From Cycas panzhihuaensis (Eukaryota > Plantae > Cycadophyta): 64,000 bases of DNA. The position numbers and the translations under genes are program-made. Of the stretch, positions 12,155 through 26,100 are shown in pieces. Below the pieces are notes generated by a model that did not search any database, had not been told where the DNA came from, and saw only the letters and a list, made by a program, of their open reading frames with translations. The stretch is from positions 86,683,741 through 86,747,740 of the forward strand of contig CM041465.1 in NCBI GenBank assembly GCA_023213395.1. The letters are read 5' to 3'. Each line of letters opens with the position of its first letter. Position 1 is the stretch's first letter.

Positions 12155-15100
12155 TTATCCAAATCCATTGCGTGTTCTTCTTGGAGATAAGGATGATATG
12201 CTCTTAAGTTTATCCGGACGGCTAGTTGTAGATAGTAGTCTTCTTTGGTGTTGTGTCAAATCTTCGTTTGGAGGTGGTGAGGAAGATTCTGGATTACTTA
12301 TTGAAATAGGTTCCAATACGCTTCCAGTTTTGCCATCATGTTGCCTAGACAATTTATTAGCAAGGATGTTAGTGGCTCCTGGAATATATTATATGCCATA
12401 TGAGAATTTATACAAAAAGTTTTGCCATCTTGTTAATCTGCCATGCTTGTCTAATAAGGGATCAATATTCCTATTTTTAAATATGGCTAACCCCTTATAG
12501 TCACTTTGGATAGTGAAGTAAAAAGATAACAAATAGAGTTTAAAGGCCTTTAATGCCTTGACGACAGCTTGTATTTCCCTCTCTGTAGAGTGGTAGCACT
12601 TTTTGCATCAATCCATATGCCCTATGCATATCTGCATACCTACCCGTTTTCAAATAATGCTGCTCCCCATCCTGTGTTAGAGGCATCTGTTTAGAAAGTC
12701 AATTTTCCATTTCCTGTAGGAATCCTTAAGGGTGGAAGTTCTTAGCACATTCTTTCTAACTCTTGGACCAGTTTTGTATGATCGTTGGTCCAGTCAAAAG
12801 AATTCTTCCTCAATAGCGATTATAGTCCTACTCTCTGAATGTTATAATCTTTAATGAAGGGCAACAGGTAATTGATGTATCCTAAAAAGGATCAGACCTG
12901 TTTGGGAGTCACCATTTAGTCAGGACATTCTAATATGCGTCCAACTACATGGGGTTGCGGCTGCACTCATCCCTCCTTAATGTGAAGCCCTAAGAATTCG
13001 ATATCAGATTATGCTAAAGTCATTTTTTAATCTAAAAGTACTATTCTATTTCTCTGACCAACTCGATGAACTTATTGAGATACTCTCGGTGTTGCTCTAA
13101 TGAGGAGGAATAGATCATGATATCGTCTATGTATACAAGAATAAAAGTGTAGTATGGCATGAAGATTGACTCCATCCACCTTTGGAAGTAGCTGGGTGCA
13201 TTGCATAGGCCGAATGGCATAACCATCCACTCATATTGTCCTTGGTGAGTACTGAAGATAGTCTTACAGATATGTTCAGGAGCTATTTTAATTTGGTAAA
13301 AACTGCTTTTACTATCAAACTTAGAGTAAATTTTGGAATGGGATATCTGAATTTGATTGTGATGGCATTGAGTGGTTTGTAGTTGATCACCATTCTTTTC
13401 TTTCCCCACTTCTGTTCACTGTGCTTGTTTACCATGAATGCAGGATAGGAAAACTCTGACGTGGATGGCCTGATTAGATTGTATTTTAATAATTCATCTA
13501 GTGTAGCTTCCATATCCTTTCGGTCTTTCAGGTTGATTGGGATAACTTTTCCGTTGGCTGATGCTCCTGGTAGGGTATTTATCTCACAGAACTATTTTGT
13601 AGATCACCAAAATGCTTGTGGATTTAGGTGACAGCAATCCTTAAAGTTTGGGAGGTTCTGTTGCTATCATATTCTTCCCTTGCCTTGTTCTAGCCATATA
13701 TATTTTCTTTTGAGCTTGGATGCAGCTAATTGTGTGTGATGTAAGGCTATTTTGTTGATGTCACCCTCATTTATTTCTGCAAGAATTTCTGCTTCCAATT
13801 CTTTTATCTACTCTATTGTGGGCCCTTCTAGCTCCTTTATGCAGATTTCGCTGTAAATTTTCAGGATCTGAGATGAGAAAGTCACCTTATTCACGAATCC
13901 AGATGGGTGAACAATGTTGAGCCTTGAATCAAAATTTTTTATAGTATATTCAAGAAACTAGGAGACAAATTCTCATCTTAGAACTGTATATTCAGAAATA
14001 TCATTGTTTACAATGAAGTGAATATCATATGTATAGGCTCTTATTTCCATAGAGTGTATTCATATATGTTGGTAGACATTTGCCCCTTCATCCCGTAAGT
14101 GGAAATAGGGAAGTTTAGTCTTACCAGTAGGGTCCTCAGGACACAAGACTCATGTATCATATTATATGTACATTCAGTATTTAAGAGAGTTTCTAGTTTA
14201 AATGAGTCATTATATTTATATTTTATGTACAATCCATTAAATGTGTATGGTAGGACTATTGCCCTTGGGCTTGCCTCCTTTTGTCCTTCCTTGGATTCAA
14301 TTAATTTCTGGTGTTGCCTTGTAACTTCTACGATTTGTTTTTCATTTTCTTTGGACTCTAACCACCACTTGAAATTAATCTCTTATTTTTTAGTTCAGGG
14401 TGGTATAATCCAGGGGGGTCTACATGAGCCCATTTGCTACATATTCATTTTTAGAGTCATCTGAACCAAATCTAAGCTCATACAATTATTCTCGCTCTGA
14501 GACTTCTTCATCTGTTGGAATGTACTCCCAGTACCTGCCAAAGGACTCGTCTGTATACATGGCCCTGACCCTAGGCTTCTTCTTGGGGCACTTGTCTGTA
14601 AAGTACCATGTTTTGCCACACAAATAACATGTTTCTTTATTGTTTTTCCTCATTGGGAATTTTTTCCTCCTGAAATAGTGTTTCTGTGGCCGCCTCTGTT
14701 TGTTATAGGATCTTCTTAGCCACTTATGTTTTTTATGCTTTTTCCCTTTTTCTTCTTTTCCATATTACTTTATGTAGGAAAAGCACTAACAATCCTTCAT
14801 ACTTATCTTATCCTTTATAGTGGATTTTATTACTTTCTTATCTCTACAGTAGTCAGCGACACATATCCTTATTACTCCTATGATTTCTCCTAGGAACATG
14901 TTTTGTACAGGCATGTTCCTATAGGACAAAAATATATGTATTTTGTCAGGAAGGGGATATGGCATCTTGGAGATAAGGCTCATTTTTACCGTAGTATCCC
15001 CAAAGCTAGCAGACCTATAAACCAGCTTTTCATAGTCTACTAAAAACTCGTTAAGTCCTGATAGATTCTTTAATTACATCCCCATCAATAACCTTATATT

Positions 15101-16907
15101 GCTTAGGTCTAAAACTTCTCGCCTGAGTCTGAAGGTTGCTGCAATGGTCTTACCTAGGTTATTGATATCTGTGGCTTGTGCTTTTGATATGGGTTTTTTG
15201 CTTGCTTAGGGCAACTCATTTATTGGGGAGTCTACATCTAGGTTACTAGTCGAGGCACCTCTTGACCCATCCTTAATTTCCCTGTCAATTCTTTCTGGTA
15301 GTGCATCCCACCAGTATAAGAGGTTGCATTTAAACTATGTTGTGGCTATTGAGACAATCTCTGTGTCGGATAAGGTCAAACTAGTTTATACAATTTTACA
15401 TAAGCGGAGCCACTCTCCTAATCATGTTGACCTATCAGAATTGCTGAGGCCATCAAAACTAAGTGGTAGATTCAACTCATTGTTTAGTTAAGATTTTTTC
15501 CTTCTCATGTAATCCCTTGGTCCACTGGTTTCCATCCTATACCTGTTAGGAGCAGGCGGTTCCCTTAGAGGATGGAACTTTAGGATGCCTATCTCGATAA
15601 CAAAATTCTTCTTTTTAGTCTCTTACCTGGTCTAAAATTTGTTTGAGGGAGTTATACCTCTCCTTCTGTGAGAAGGGAGATTGACTGATTTCTTGGATGG
15701 TCTGGAGTATCATGTCAGTCTATATGGTCAAATTCTCTATGCCTTCTTAGATGGCTTGCATTTTTGTCTCAATGTTGTCAATTTTTTCTTGGGTAGAGCT
15801 CATCCATTTAGAATGACAGTTGCCCTATTTCTACTCATGGATGACAGATCCACCTCCTTTAACATTGATGATTGACTGATATTGTGCTTTCAATTCATTA
15901 TCCTCTTCTTCAGTAAAATTTTGGTATTTAGGCCATGAGGGTGTTTGTGAGCAGATTTTGGCAACCGAGACGGCTATGCCTTCTAAGACTTGGATATATA
16001 CTTGGCTAGAGGATTTCCCCTTGGTTTCCTCTCTATTTTCATCTTGTTCTTTTTCTTTGTAAGGAATCATATGTATAGCAGCCGACTTGAGATTTGTTGG
16101 CCTAGGTGCTAGTGACAGACGATTCTTAAAAGACCTTTTACCTTTTAGATGGAAATGGTTATTATCTTTCTTTTCTAAGTATTCCTTAATTACAGGAATA
16201 TTAGAGGTCGTAAACCCTTCAGTGTTTACTGTCTTTCTAAAATCAATCAAGTTCTGCCATGTTACTGGTAGTTGGATCCCATATAGGAGATCCACATTAT
16301 CTAACAAAGTATTGTGTAGCATGAAAATGGCCCTTCCTTCTATGGATAGGTATGAGATGTTTAGTAGTAGGTTGACCCCCTTTATCTCCACACATATCAT
16401 TATCTTTTGTGGAGTAATTAGGTTTGAAAGCTTAATTGAATAGTTAAGTTTGACAGAGCAATAAATGAGTTCATTTAGCTTGCCCTTAAATTAGCATCTG
16501 CATACTTCTTTCCATGTAGGGTGTCCTATATCGATTATAGACACCAAATATTCCGCTTCAAGTTCATAAGCGAAGAGCGGATTTATGATAAAATCCATTA
16601 AAGACAAATGGATGTACTTGTAGCCTTCATGTATCTATTTCTCACATTCTTCCCTAGAGAAAAAGGGAAGGAGGACATGGGCTATGCCTATTCCCATAGT
16701 AGATATATCAACCTTAGCCTGTTTAACGTAATATGTGAGTAATTCTTTGGTCTTAGTCTCATTATACAGATCTTGTATAAGAAACTTGGGGAAGGCTAGT
16801 TTTCCTGTAGCTCTGTCTATCATAGCTTGTTTTTCTTTTGCTATACTTAAGAGATTTCTCATACCGGCTTCTGTTACAGAGGTTGAGTATCAAGCTTGGA
16901 AAGTCAT
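12155..16907 (-). pseudogene. Unit B polyprotein MP-CP-AP-RT-RNase H
   Basis: YEWMVMPFGLCNAPSYFQRWM, VYIDDIMIYS, KKRMVINYKPLN; many stops; deletion of about 35 nt in RT near 13337. Confidence 0.92.
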
Positions 16908-17689
16908 TACAAAGGGGACACAATCAACTCGAATGATCCTAATACCCACCAGTGTTCCACTAAACCCTAGCTACTAGTAGTCTAGCTTGAGCCACCAATG
17001 TCTTTTATATCTAATGAAAAGGTCAGGCACTTGCACATCAACAGAGATCTTATGTAGTACATAGCCAGAACTTAGAAGAATAACATGGCAATACAAGAAC
17101 ACATTCTAATATCTCTATGCAAGCTTAATAATAACTAAAATATTAAGGCTGGTAGGATTCGATACAATTTCTGATTGCCAAGATCCTATGACAAGCAAAG
17201 CAAGAGCATACTTTCATATCGAATACTCCAACAGCATGATAGTAAGATAGAAAATAGAAGAAAGCTTCAAGAAATGCAAATATTTCAGAAATCACACCTT
17301 GTATTATACTTCAAAAGATATTACAAAAGTTTTGAGCCTCCTTCTCTTCCTTTGCTCTTCCTTACTCTTCCTGTCCTTACTTCCCCGAGTGTGTTTACAA
17401 ATGAGGGGAGTCTCCCTCTTTATAGGAATATTTTCATATTATTTTATTAGGGGAAACTTCCCGAAGAAGTCGATGGAAATATAAACTATTAATTAAGGGA
17501 GAATATATAGGAGCATCTGCCCTTCGAGGTGAGTGAATGTCTTTTCCATCAATATGTCAGTCCTCGATGGTTGAGCTTCGAATATTTTATATTTTTACGT
17601 ATGAGAGACATCCCCTCTTACTAGGACACATTAAAATGTAAAGGACATCCCCCTTTACTAGGACGGTGTGGAGGACATCCCCCTCCACG

Positions 17690-18376
17690 TAGGATCTGCT
17701 CATCCGATTCACTATCCACCTCTTCAAGCTTCTATTCAAAAGCTGGGTGCCACCATTGTATCCCATCTTCAACCCATAAGTATCCATAAAAGCAGTTCGT
17801 GTCTAGTACATTATCAATTTGAAATTTAAATATTTCCCTCATTGCGCCCGAACTAGTTTCTCTGGTACTGTAGTAGACATTCAAGGGGTCATCTTCTATG
17901 TGATGGATGCCCAGAATTCTTCTATAAAAAATGATTCTACTATTGTATAGATGTACATAGTGGATTTTTTAAGGCGGATTGTTTCTATAATATGAGCCTG
18001 CGAATAAATATATTAGTAAGTACCACCATCCTGATCCACATCCCGAATGCGTAAAAGCGAACCCAATATTTTTAACAATTTTGGCATTAATAAGCATCAA
18101 AATTTCCTTGAAGTCTCTAACAATGATATTGGGTGATGTGACTTTAATATATTCATATTCAAGATCGTATATCTACCTGAATGGATCTGCATTATCCAAA
18201 TACATCGCGTGTTCTTCTTGGAGATGAGGATGATGTGCTCTTAAGTTTATTCGGACGGCTAGTTGCAGATATTAGTCTTCTTTGGTATCGTGTCAAATCT
18301 TCATTTAGAGGTGGTAAGGAAGATTCTGGATTGCTTGCTAAAATAGGATCCACTGTGGTTCTGGTTGTGCCATCAT
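17690..18376 (-). pseudogene. Unit C ORF2 (unknown function)
   Basis: Colinear with ORF2 of unit D. Confidence 0.6.
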
Positions 18377-21300
18377 GTTGCCTAGACAATTTATCAGTAA
18401 GGATGTAAGTGGTTCCTAGAATATATTCTACGTCATATAAGAATTTATGCAAAAAGCTCCACCATCTTGTTAATCTGCCATGCTTTCCTAATAGGGGATA
18501 AATATTCTTATTTTTAAATCCGTCTAACCCCTTGTAGTCACTTTAGATAGTGAAGTGATAGGATAACAGATAGAGTCTAAAGGCCTTTAGTGCCTTGACG
18601 ACAGCTTGTATTTCCCTCTCTATAGAGTGGTAGCACTTTTCTGCATCAGTCCATATGTTGGATGCATAACTGCATATCTACCCGTTTTCAAATAATGTTG
18701 CTTCCCATCTTGTGTTGGAGGGATATATTTGGACAGTAAATTTTCCATTTCTTGTGGGAATCCATAAGGGTGGAAGTTCTTGGCACGTTTTTTTTAACTC
18801 CTAGACCAGTTTTGTATGCTCGTTAGTCTAGTCAAAAGAATTCTTCTTGAATTGCGATTGTAGTCATGCTCTTTGAATGCTGCAATCTTTAATAAAGGGC
18901 AACAGGTAATTGATGCACCCTAAAAAGTATTGGACCTGTTTAGGAGTCGCCATCTGGCTAGGATATTCTAATATGTGTCCAACTACATGGGGTTGCGGCT
19001 GCACTCATCCCTTCTTAATGTGAAGCCCCAAGAATTCAATCTCAGATTATGCCAAAGTTGTTTTTAAATTTGAAAGTATTATTCCATTTTCTCTAACCAA
19101 CTTGAGGAACTTATTGAGATGCTCTCAGTGTTCATGTAATGAGGATGAATAGATCAGGATATCATCTATGTATACAAGAATAAAGAGTAGTATGGCCTGA
19201 AGATCAAGTCCATCCACCTTTGGAAGTAGTTGGGTGTATTGCATAGGCCGAATGGCATAACCATCCACTCATATTATCCTTGGGGAGTACTGAAGGCAGT
19301 CTTGTGGATATGCTCAAGGGCTATTTTAATTTGGTAAAAGTTGTTTTTATAGTCAAACTTAGAGTAAATTTTAGAACCTACCAAGTTCCTTAGGAGATTA
19401 TCTTTGTGAGGGATGGGATATCTGAATTTGATTGTGATGGCGTTGAGTGGCTTGTAGTTGATCACCATTCTTTTCTTTTCCAGCTTCTGTTCATTGTGCT
19501 TGTTTTCCATGAATGCAGAACAGGAGAAATCTAACGTGGATGACTTAATTAGATTGTATTTTAATAATTTATCTAGTGTAGCTTCCATATCCTTTCAGTC
19601 TTCTAGGCTGATTGGGATAGCTTTTCTGTAGGCCGATGCTCTTAGCAAGATGTTTATCTCATATAATTGTTTTACAAATCATCAAAATGCTTGTGGATTT
19701 ATGTGACAATAAAGTTTAGGAGGTTCTGTTGCTATCATTTTCTTCCCTTGCATTGTTCTAGCCATATATGTTTTCTTGTGAGTTTGGCTGCAACTAACTG
19801 TATGTGATATAAGGTTATTTTATTGATGTCATCATCATTTATTTCTGCAAGAATTTCTGCCTTCAATTCTTTTATCTGCTCTGCCATGGGCCCTTCTGGC
19901 TCCTTTATGCGGATTTCGCTATAAATTTTTAGGATCTTACATGAGAAAGTCATATTATTCACGAATCTGGAAGGGTGAACAATGTAGAGCCTTGAATCAA
20001 AATTTTTTATAGTATATTCAGGATACTATGAGACAAATTCTTGTCCTAGAACTGCATATTCAGAAATATCATTGTTTACAATGGAGTGAATATCATATGT
20101 CTAGGCTCTTCCACAGAAAAAGTACATTCATATGTACTAGTAGACTTTTGCCCCTTCATTATGTAAGTGGAAATAGAGAAGTTTAGTTTTACCAGTAGGG
20201 TCCTAAGGACACAGGACTCATGTATCATATTACATATACATTCATTATCTAAGAGAGTTTCTAGTTCAAATGAGTCATTATATTTACATTTTATGTACAA
20301 TCCATTGGATGTGTGTGGTAGGACTATTACCCTTGGGCTTGCTTCCTTTTGTCCTTCCCTGGATTCAATTAATTTCTGGTGTTGCCTTTTGACTTCTTTG
20401 ATTTGCCTTTCATTTTATTTAGGCTCTAACAACCACTTGAAATTAATATCTCTTATTTTCAGTTGAAGGTGGTATAATCCAGGAGGGTCTACATGAGCCC
20501 CTTTATTACATATTTGTTTTCAGAGTCATCTGAACCAGAGCTAAGCTCATACAATTCTTCTCACTCTGAGACTTCTTTGTCTGCCAGGATGTACTCCCAA
20601 TACCTGCTAAATGACTCATCTGTATATATGGCCCTGACCCTGGGCTTCTTCTTGAGGCACTTGTCTGCAAAGTGCCCTATTTTGCCACATAAATAGTATG
20701 TTTCTTTATTGTTTTTCCTCATTGGGAATTTTCTCCTCCTGAAATAGTATTTTTGTGGCCACCTCCGTTTGTCATAGGATCCTCTTAGCCACTTATGTTT
20801 TTTATGCTTTTTCCCTTTTCTTTTCCATATTTCTTTGTATAGGAAACGCACTAACAATCCTTCATATTTAACTTATTCTTTATAGTGGATTTTATTATTT
20901 TCTTATCTCTGTAGTAACCAGTGACGCATATCCTTATTGCTCCTATGATTTCTCCTAGGAACATGTTTTGTATATGCATGTTCATGTGGGACAAAAATAG
21001 ATGTATTCTGTCAGGTAGAGGATACGACATCTTGGAGATAAGGCTCATTTTTACCGTAGTATCCCTGAAGCTAGCAGACCTATAGGCTAGTATTTCATAG
21101 TCTACTAAGAACTTATTAAGGGCGGATAGATTCTCTAATTGCATCCCCATCAATAACCTTATGTCACTTAAGTCTAAAAATTCTCGCCTGAGTCTGAAGA
21201 CTGTTGCAATGGTCTTGCCTAGGTTATTAATGCCTATGGCTTGTGCTTTTGATATGGGTTTTCCGCCTGCTGGGGGCAACTCGTTCATTGGGGAGTCTGC

Positions 21301-22975
21301 ATCTAGTGTACTAGTCGAGGCACCTCTTGACCCATCCTTAATTTCCCTGTCAATTCTTTCTTGTAATGCATCCCACCAGTACATGAGGTTGCATTTGAAC
21401 TGTGTTGTGGCTGTTGAGATAATCTCTATGTCGGATAGGGTCAAACTAGTTTGTACAATTTTGCATAAGTGGAGCTACTCTCATAATCATGTTAACCTAT
21501 CAGGATTGTTGAGGCCATCAAAACTGAGTGGTAAATTTAGCTCATTGTTTAGTTTGGATTCTTTCATTCTTATGTAATCTCCTGGTCCACTAGTTTCCAT
21601 CATAGCACATGCTAGGAGTAGGCGGTTCCCTTGGAAGATGGAACTTTGAGATGCCTGTCTCGATAACAAAATTCTTCTTTTTAGTTTATCTTACCTAGTT
21701 TAAAATTTATTTCAGGGAGTTATACTTCTCCCTCTGCGAGAAGGGAAATTGACCAATTTCCTGGATGGTCTGGAGTATCATGTTAATCTTTATAGTCAAA
21801 TTCTCTAAGCCTTCTTGGATGGCTTGCATTTTTGTCTCAATGCTGTTGATTCTTTCTTGGGCAAAGCTCATCCATTTAAAATGCCAATTGCCCTATTTCT
21901 GCTCATGGGTGACAAATCCACCTCCTTAAACCTTGATAATCGACTGATATTGTGCTTTCCAGTCATTATCATCTTCTTTAGTAAAGTTTTGGTATTTATG
22001 ACATGAGTGTGTTTGTGAACAGATTTTGGCAACCGATACGGCTATGCCTTCTAGGACTTGTATATATACTTGGCTAGAGGATTGCCCCTTGGTTTCCTTT
22101 CTATTTTCATCTTGTTCTTTTTCTTTGTAAGGAATCATATGTATGGCAGCCGAGTTGAGATTTGTTGGCCTAGGTGCTAATGATAGACGATTCTTAAAAG
22201 ACCTCTTGTCTTTTAGATGGAAATGGTCATTGTCTTTCTTTTCTAAGTATTCCTTAATTGCAGAAATATTAAAGGCCAAAAACCCTTCAGTGTTTACTGT
22301 CTTTCTAAAATCAATCAAGTTCCATCCTATTACAAGTAGTTGGATCTGATATATAAGATCCACGTTATCTAATAAAATATTGTGTAGCCTAAAACTAACG
22401 CTTCCTCCTATGGATATGTATGAGATGTCTAGTAACAGGTTGACCCCCTTTATCTCCACACACATCATTATCCTTTGTGGAATAATTAGGTCTGAAAGCT
22501 TGATTGAGTAGTTAAGTTTGACAGAGCAGTAAATGAGTTCATTCAGCTTGCCCTTAAATTGACATCTACATGCTTTCTTCCACCTAGGGTGTCCTATGTC
22601 GATTATAAACACCAAGTATTCCACTTCAAGTTTATAAGTGAAGAACGAATTTATGATAAAATCCATTAAAGACAAATGGATGTACTTGTAGCCTTTGTCT
22701 ATCTATTTTTCGCATTCTTCCCTCAAGAAAAAGGGAAGGAAGACAGGGGCTATGCCTATTCCCATAGCAGTTATGTCAACCTCAGCATGTTTAATGCAAT
22801 CTGTGAGTAATTCTTTGGTCTTGGTCTCATTATACAGATCTTGTATAAGGACCTTGGAGAATGCTAGTTTTCTCGTAGCCTTGTCTATCATGGCTTTTTT
22901 TTTTATTATTATATTTAAGAGATTTCTCATACTGACTTCTGTTACAGAGGTTGAGCGTCGAGCTTAGAGAGCCAT
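18192..22975 (-). pseudogene. Unit C polyprotein MP-CP-AP-RT-RNase H
   Basis: ORFs 21926-22675 (MP), 20851-21444 (CP), YLCGKIGHFADKC, 20076-20300 (AP), 19274-19588 (RT), 18192-18452 (RH end). Confidence 0.92.
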
Positions 22976-23042
22976 TACAAAGGGGATACAGTCAACCCGA
23001 ATGATCCTAATACCCACCACAACTTCGAACCAAGGTTTAGTG

Positions 23043-23055
23043 TGGTATCAGAGCC
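23043..23055 (+). other. Minus-strand primer binding site (tRNA-iMet) of the pararetrovirus
   Basis: TGGTATCAGAGCC, the canonical caulimovirid PBS, 71 nt upstream of the polyprotein ATG (23114). Confidence 0.93.
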
Positions 23056-23113
23056 AACATTTGGAACCGTGGTGGGTATTAAGATCATTCAGGTTAACTG
23101 TATTCCCTTTCTA

Positions 23114-26100
23114 ATGGCTCTCCAAGCTCGATGCTCAACCTCTATAACAAAATGCGATATGAGAAATCTCTTAAGTATAGCCAAAGAAAAACAAGCCATG
23201 ATGGACAAGGTTACAGGAAAACTAGCATTCCCCAAGGTCCTTATACAAGATCTGTATAATGAGACCAAGACCAAAGCATTACTTATAGATTGCGTTAAAC
23301 AAACTAAGGTTGACATAACCACTATGGGAATAAGCATAGCCCCTGTCTTCCTTCCCTTTTTTTCTAGGAAAGAATATGAGAAATGGATACATGAATGCTA
23401 CAAGTACATCCATTTATCTTTAATAGATTTTATCATAAATCTGCTCTCTGCTTATGAACTTGAAGTGGAATACTTGGTATCTATAATCAACATAGAACAC
23501 CCCAAGTGGAAAGAAGCATGCAGATGCTAATTTAAGGGCAAGTTGAATGAATACGCTTACTGCTCTGTTAAATTTAACTACTCAATCAAGCTTTCAGGAC
23601 TAATTATTCCACAAAGGATAATGATGTGTGTGGAGATAACGGGAGTCAACCTGCTACCAGACATCTTATATCTATCCATAGAAGGAAGGGCCATTTTCAT
23701 GCTACATAATACTTTCTTAGATAACGTAGATCTCTCATATGGGATCCAACTACTAGTAACAGGGCAGAACTTGATTGATTTTGGAAAGACAGTAAATATT
23801 GAAGGGTTTATGGCCTCTAATATTCCCACAATTAAAGAATACTTAGAAAAGAAATACAATGACCATTTCCATCTAAAAGACAAGAGGTCTTTTAAGAATC
23901 GTCTGTCACTAGCACCTAGGCCAACAAATCTTAAATCAGCTGCCATATATATGATTCCTTACAAAGAAAAAGAATAAGATGAAAATAGAGAGAAAACCAA
24001 GGGGCAATTCTCTAGCCAAGTATATATACAAGTCCCAAAAGGCGTAACCATCTCAGTTGCCAAAATATGCTCACAAATATCCTCATGGCCTAAATACCAA
24101 AACTTTACTGAAGAAGAAGATAATAACTGGAAAACATAATATCAGTCGATCATTAAGGTTAAAAGAGGTAGATCTGTCACCCATAAGCATAAATAAGGCA
24201 ACTGGCATTCTAAATGGATGAGCTCTGCCTAAGAAAGAATGAACAACATTGAGACAAAAATGTAAGCCATCCAAGAAGGCCTAAAGAATTTGACCATACA
24301 AACCAACACGATACTCCAGGCTATTCAAGAAATCGGTCAATCCCCCTTCTCGCAGAGGAAGAAGTATAACTCCCTAAAACAAATTTTAGACCAGATAAGA
24401 GAAACTAGAAAGAAGAATTTTGTTATCAAGAGAAGCATCCCAAAGTTCCATCCACCAAGGGAACTGCCTGCTCCTAGCAGGTACATGATGGAAACCAATG
24501 GACCAGGGGATTACATGAGAAGAAAAGAATCCCAACTAAACAATGAGATGAATCTACCACTCAGTTTTGATGGCCTCAGTAATCTTGATATGTCAACATG
24601 ATTAGGAGAGTGGCTCCACTTATGAAAATTTGTATAAACTAGTTTGACCCTATCCAACACAGAGATTGTCTCAACTGCTACAGCATAGTTCAAAGGCAAC
24701 CTCATATACTGGTGGGATGCACTACCAGAAAGAAATGACAGAGAAATTAAGGATGGGCCAAGAGGTGCATCGACTAGTACATTAGATGCAGACTCCCCAA
24801 TGAACGAGCTGCCCTTAGAAGGCGAAAAACCTATATCAAAAGCATAAGCCACCAACATTAATAACATAGGCAAGACCATTGGAGCAGCCTTTGGACTGAG
24901 GGAAAAAGTTTCAGATCTAAGCGACATAAGGTTATTGATAGGGATGCAATTAGAGAATCTATCCGGCTTTAACGAGTTCTTAGCAAACTATGAAAATCTG
25001 GCCTATAGGTCTTCTAACTTCGGGGATACTACGGTAAAGATGAGCCTTATCTCCAAGATGTTGTATCCCTTACCTGATAAAATACATCTATTTTTGTCCC
25101 AGAGGAATATGCCTGTACAAAACATGTTCCTAGGAGAAATCATAAAAGCAATAAGGATATGTGTCGTTGACTACTGCAGAGATAAGAAAGTAATAAAAGC
25201 CACTATAAAGGATAAGATAAGTATGAAGGATTGCCAATACTTTTCCTATACAAAGAAATATGGAAAAGAAGAAAAAGGGAAAAAGCATAAAAAATATAAG
25301 TGGCTAAGACGATCCTATAACAAATGGAGGCCGCCACAAAAACACTATTTCAAGAAGAGAAAATTCTCAATGAGGAAAAACAATAAAAAAACATGCTATT
25401 TGTGTGGCAAAATATGGCACTTTGCAGACAAGTACCCCAAGAAAAAGCCTAGGATCAGGGCCATGTATATAGATGAGTCATTTGGCAAGTACTGCGAGTA
25501 CATCCCGACAGATGAAGAAATCTCAAAGTGATAAGAATTGTATGAGATTAGCTCTGGTTCAGATAACTCTAAAAACGAATATGTAGTAAAGGGGCATATT
25601 CAGAAACCCATGAATTATACCACCCTGAAGCAAAAAATAAGAGATTAATTTTAAGTGGTGGTTAGAACCCAAAGAAAAAGAAAAGCAAATCAAAGAAGTC
25701 AAAATGCAACACCAGAAATTAATAGAATCCAGGGAAGGACAAAAGGAAGCAAGCACAATTGCAACAATCCTACCACACACATCTAATAGACTGTACATGA
25801 AATGTAAATATAATAACTCATTTGAACTAAAAACTCTCTTAGATACCGGATGTACATATAATATGATACATGAGTCCTGTGTCCCTAGGACCCTACTAGT
25901 AAGACTAAACTTCCATATTGCCACTTATGGGATGAAGGGGCAAAAGTCTACTAGTATATATGAATGCACTCTTTCTGTAGAAATGGGAGCCTATACATAT
26001 GATATTCACTTCATTGTAAATAATGATATTTCTGAATATGCAGTTCTATGACAAGAATTTGTCTCCCAGTATCTTGAATATACTATAAAAATTTCTGATT

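Larger units (their letters stand above)
8142..16957 (-). mobile_element. Pararetrovirus unit B (complete, ~6.05 kb after removing the solo LTR)
   Basis: Bounded by junction scars at 8136-8141 and 16952-16957; colinear with units C-E. Confidence 0.92.
16958..23030 (-). mobile_element. Pararetrovirus unit C (complete, ~6.07 kb)
   Basis: Runs from the inversion junction to the scar at 16952-16957. Confidence 0.92.

Noticed and set aside
16087-16443. Recurrent opposite-strand ORFs in virus units (also 7346-7627, 23578-23946, 21161-21577, 30594-31037, 14099-14464)
   Set aside because: Shadows of MP, CP and AP codons; they recur only because the units are repeats, and their ends vary.
23043-23055. 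PBS as a sign of a Copia or chromovirus LTR element
   Set aside because: No adjacent LTR end, no integrase, and a movement protein follows.
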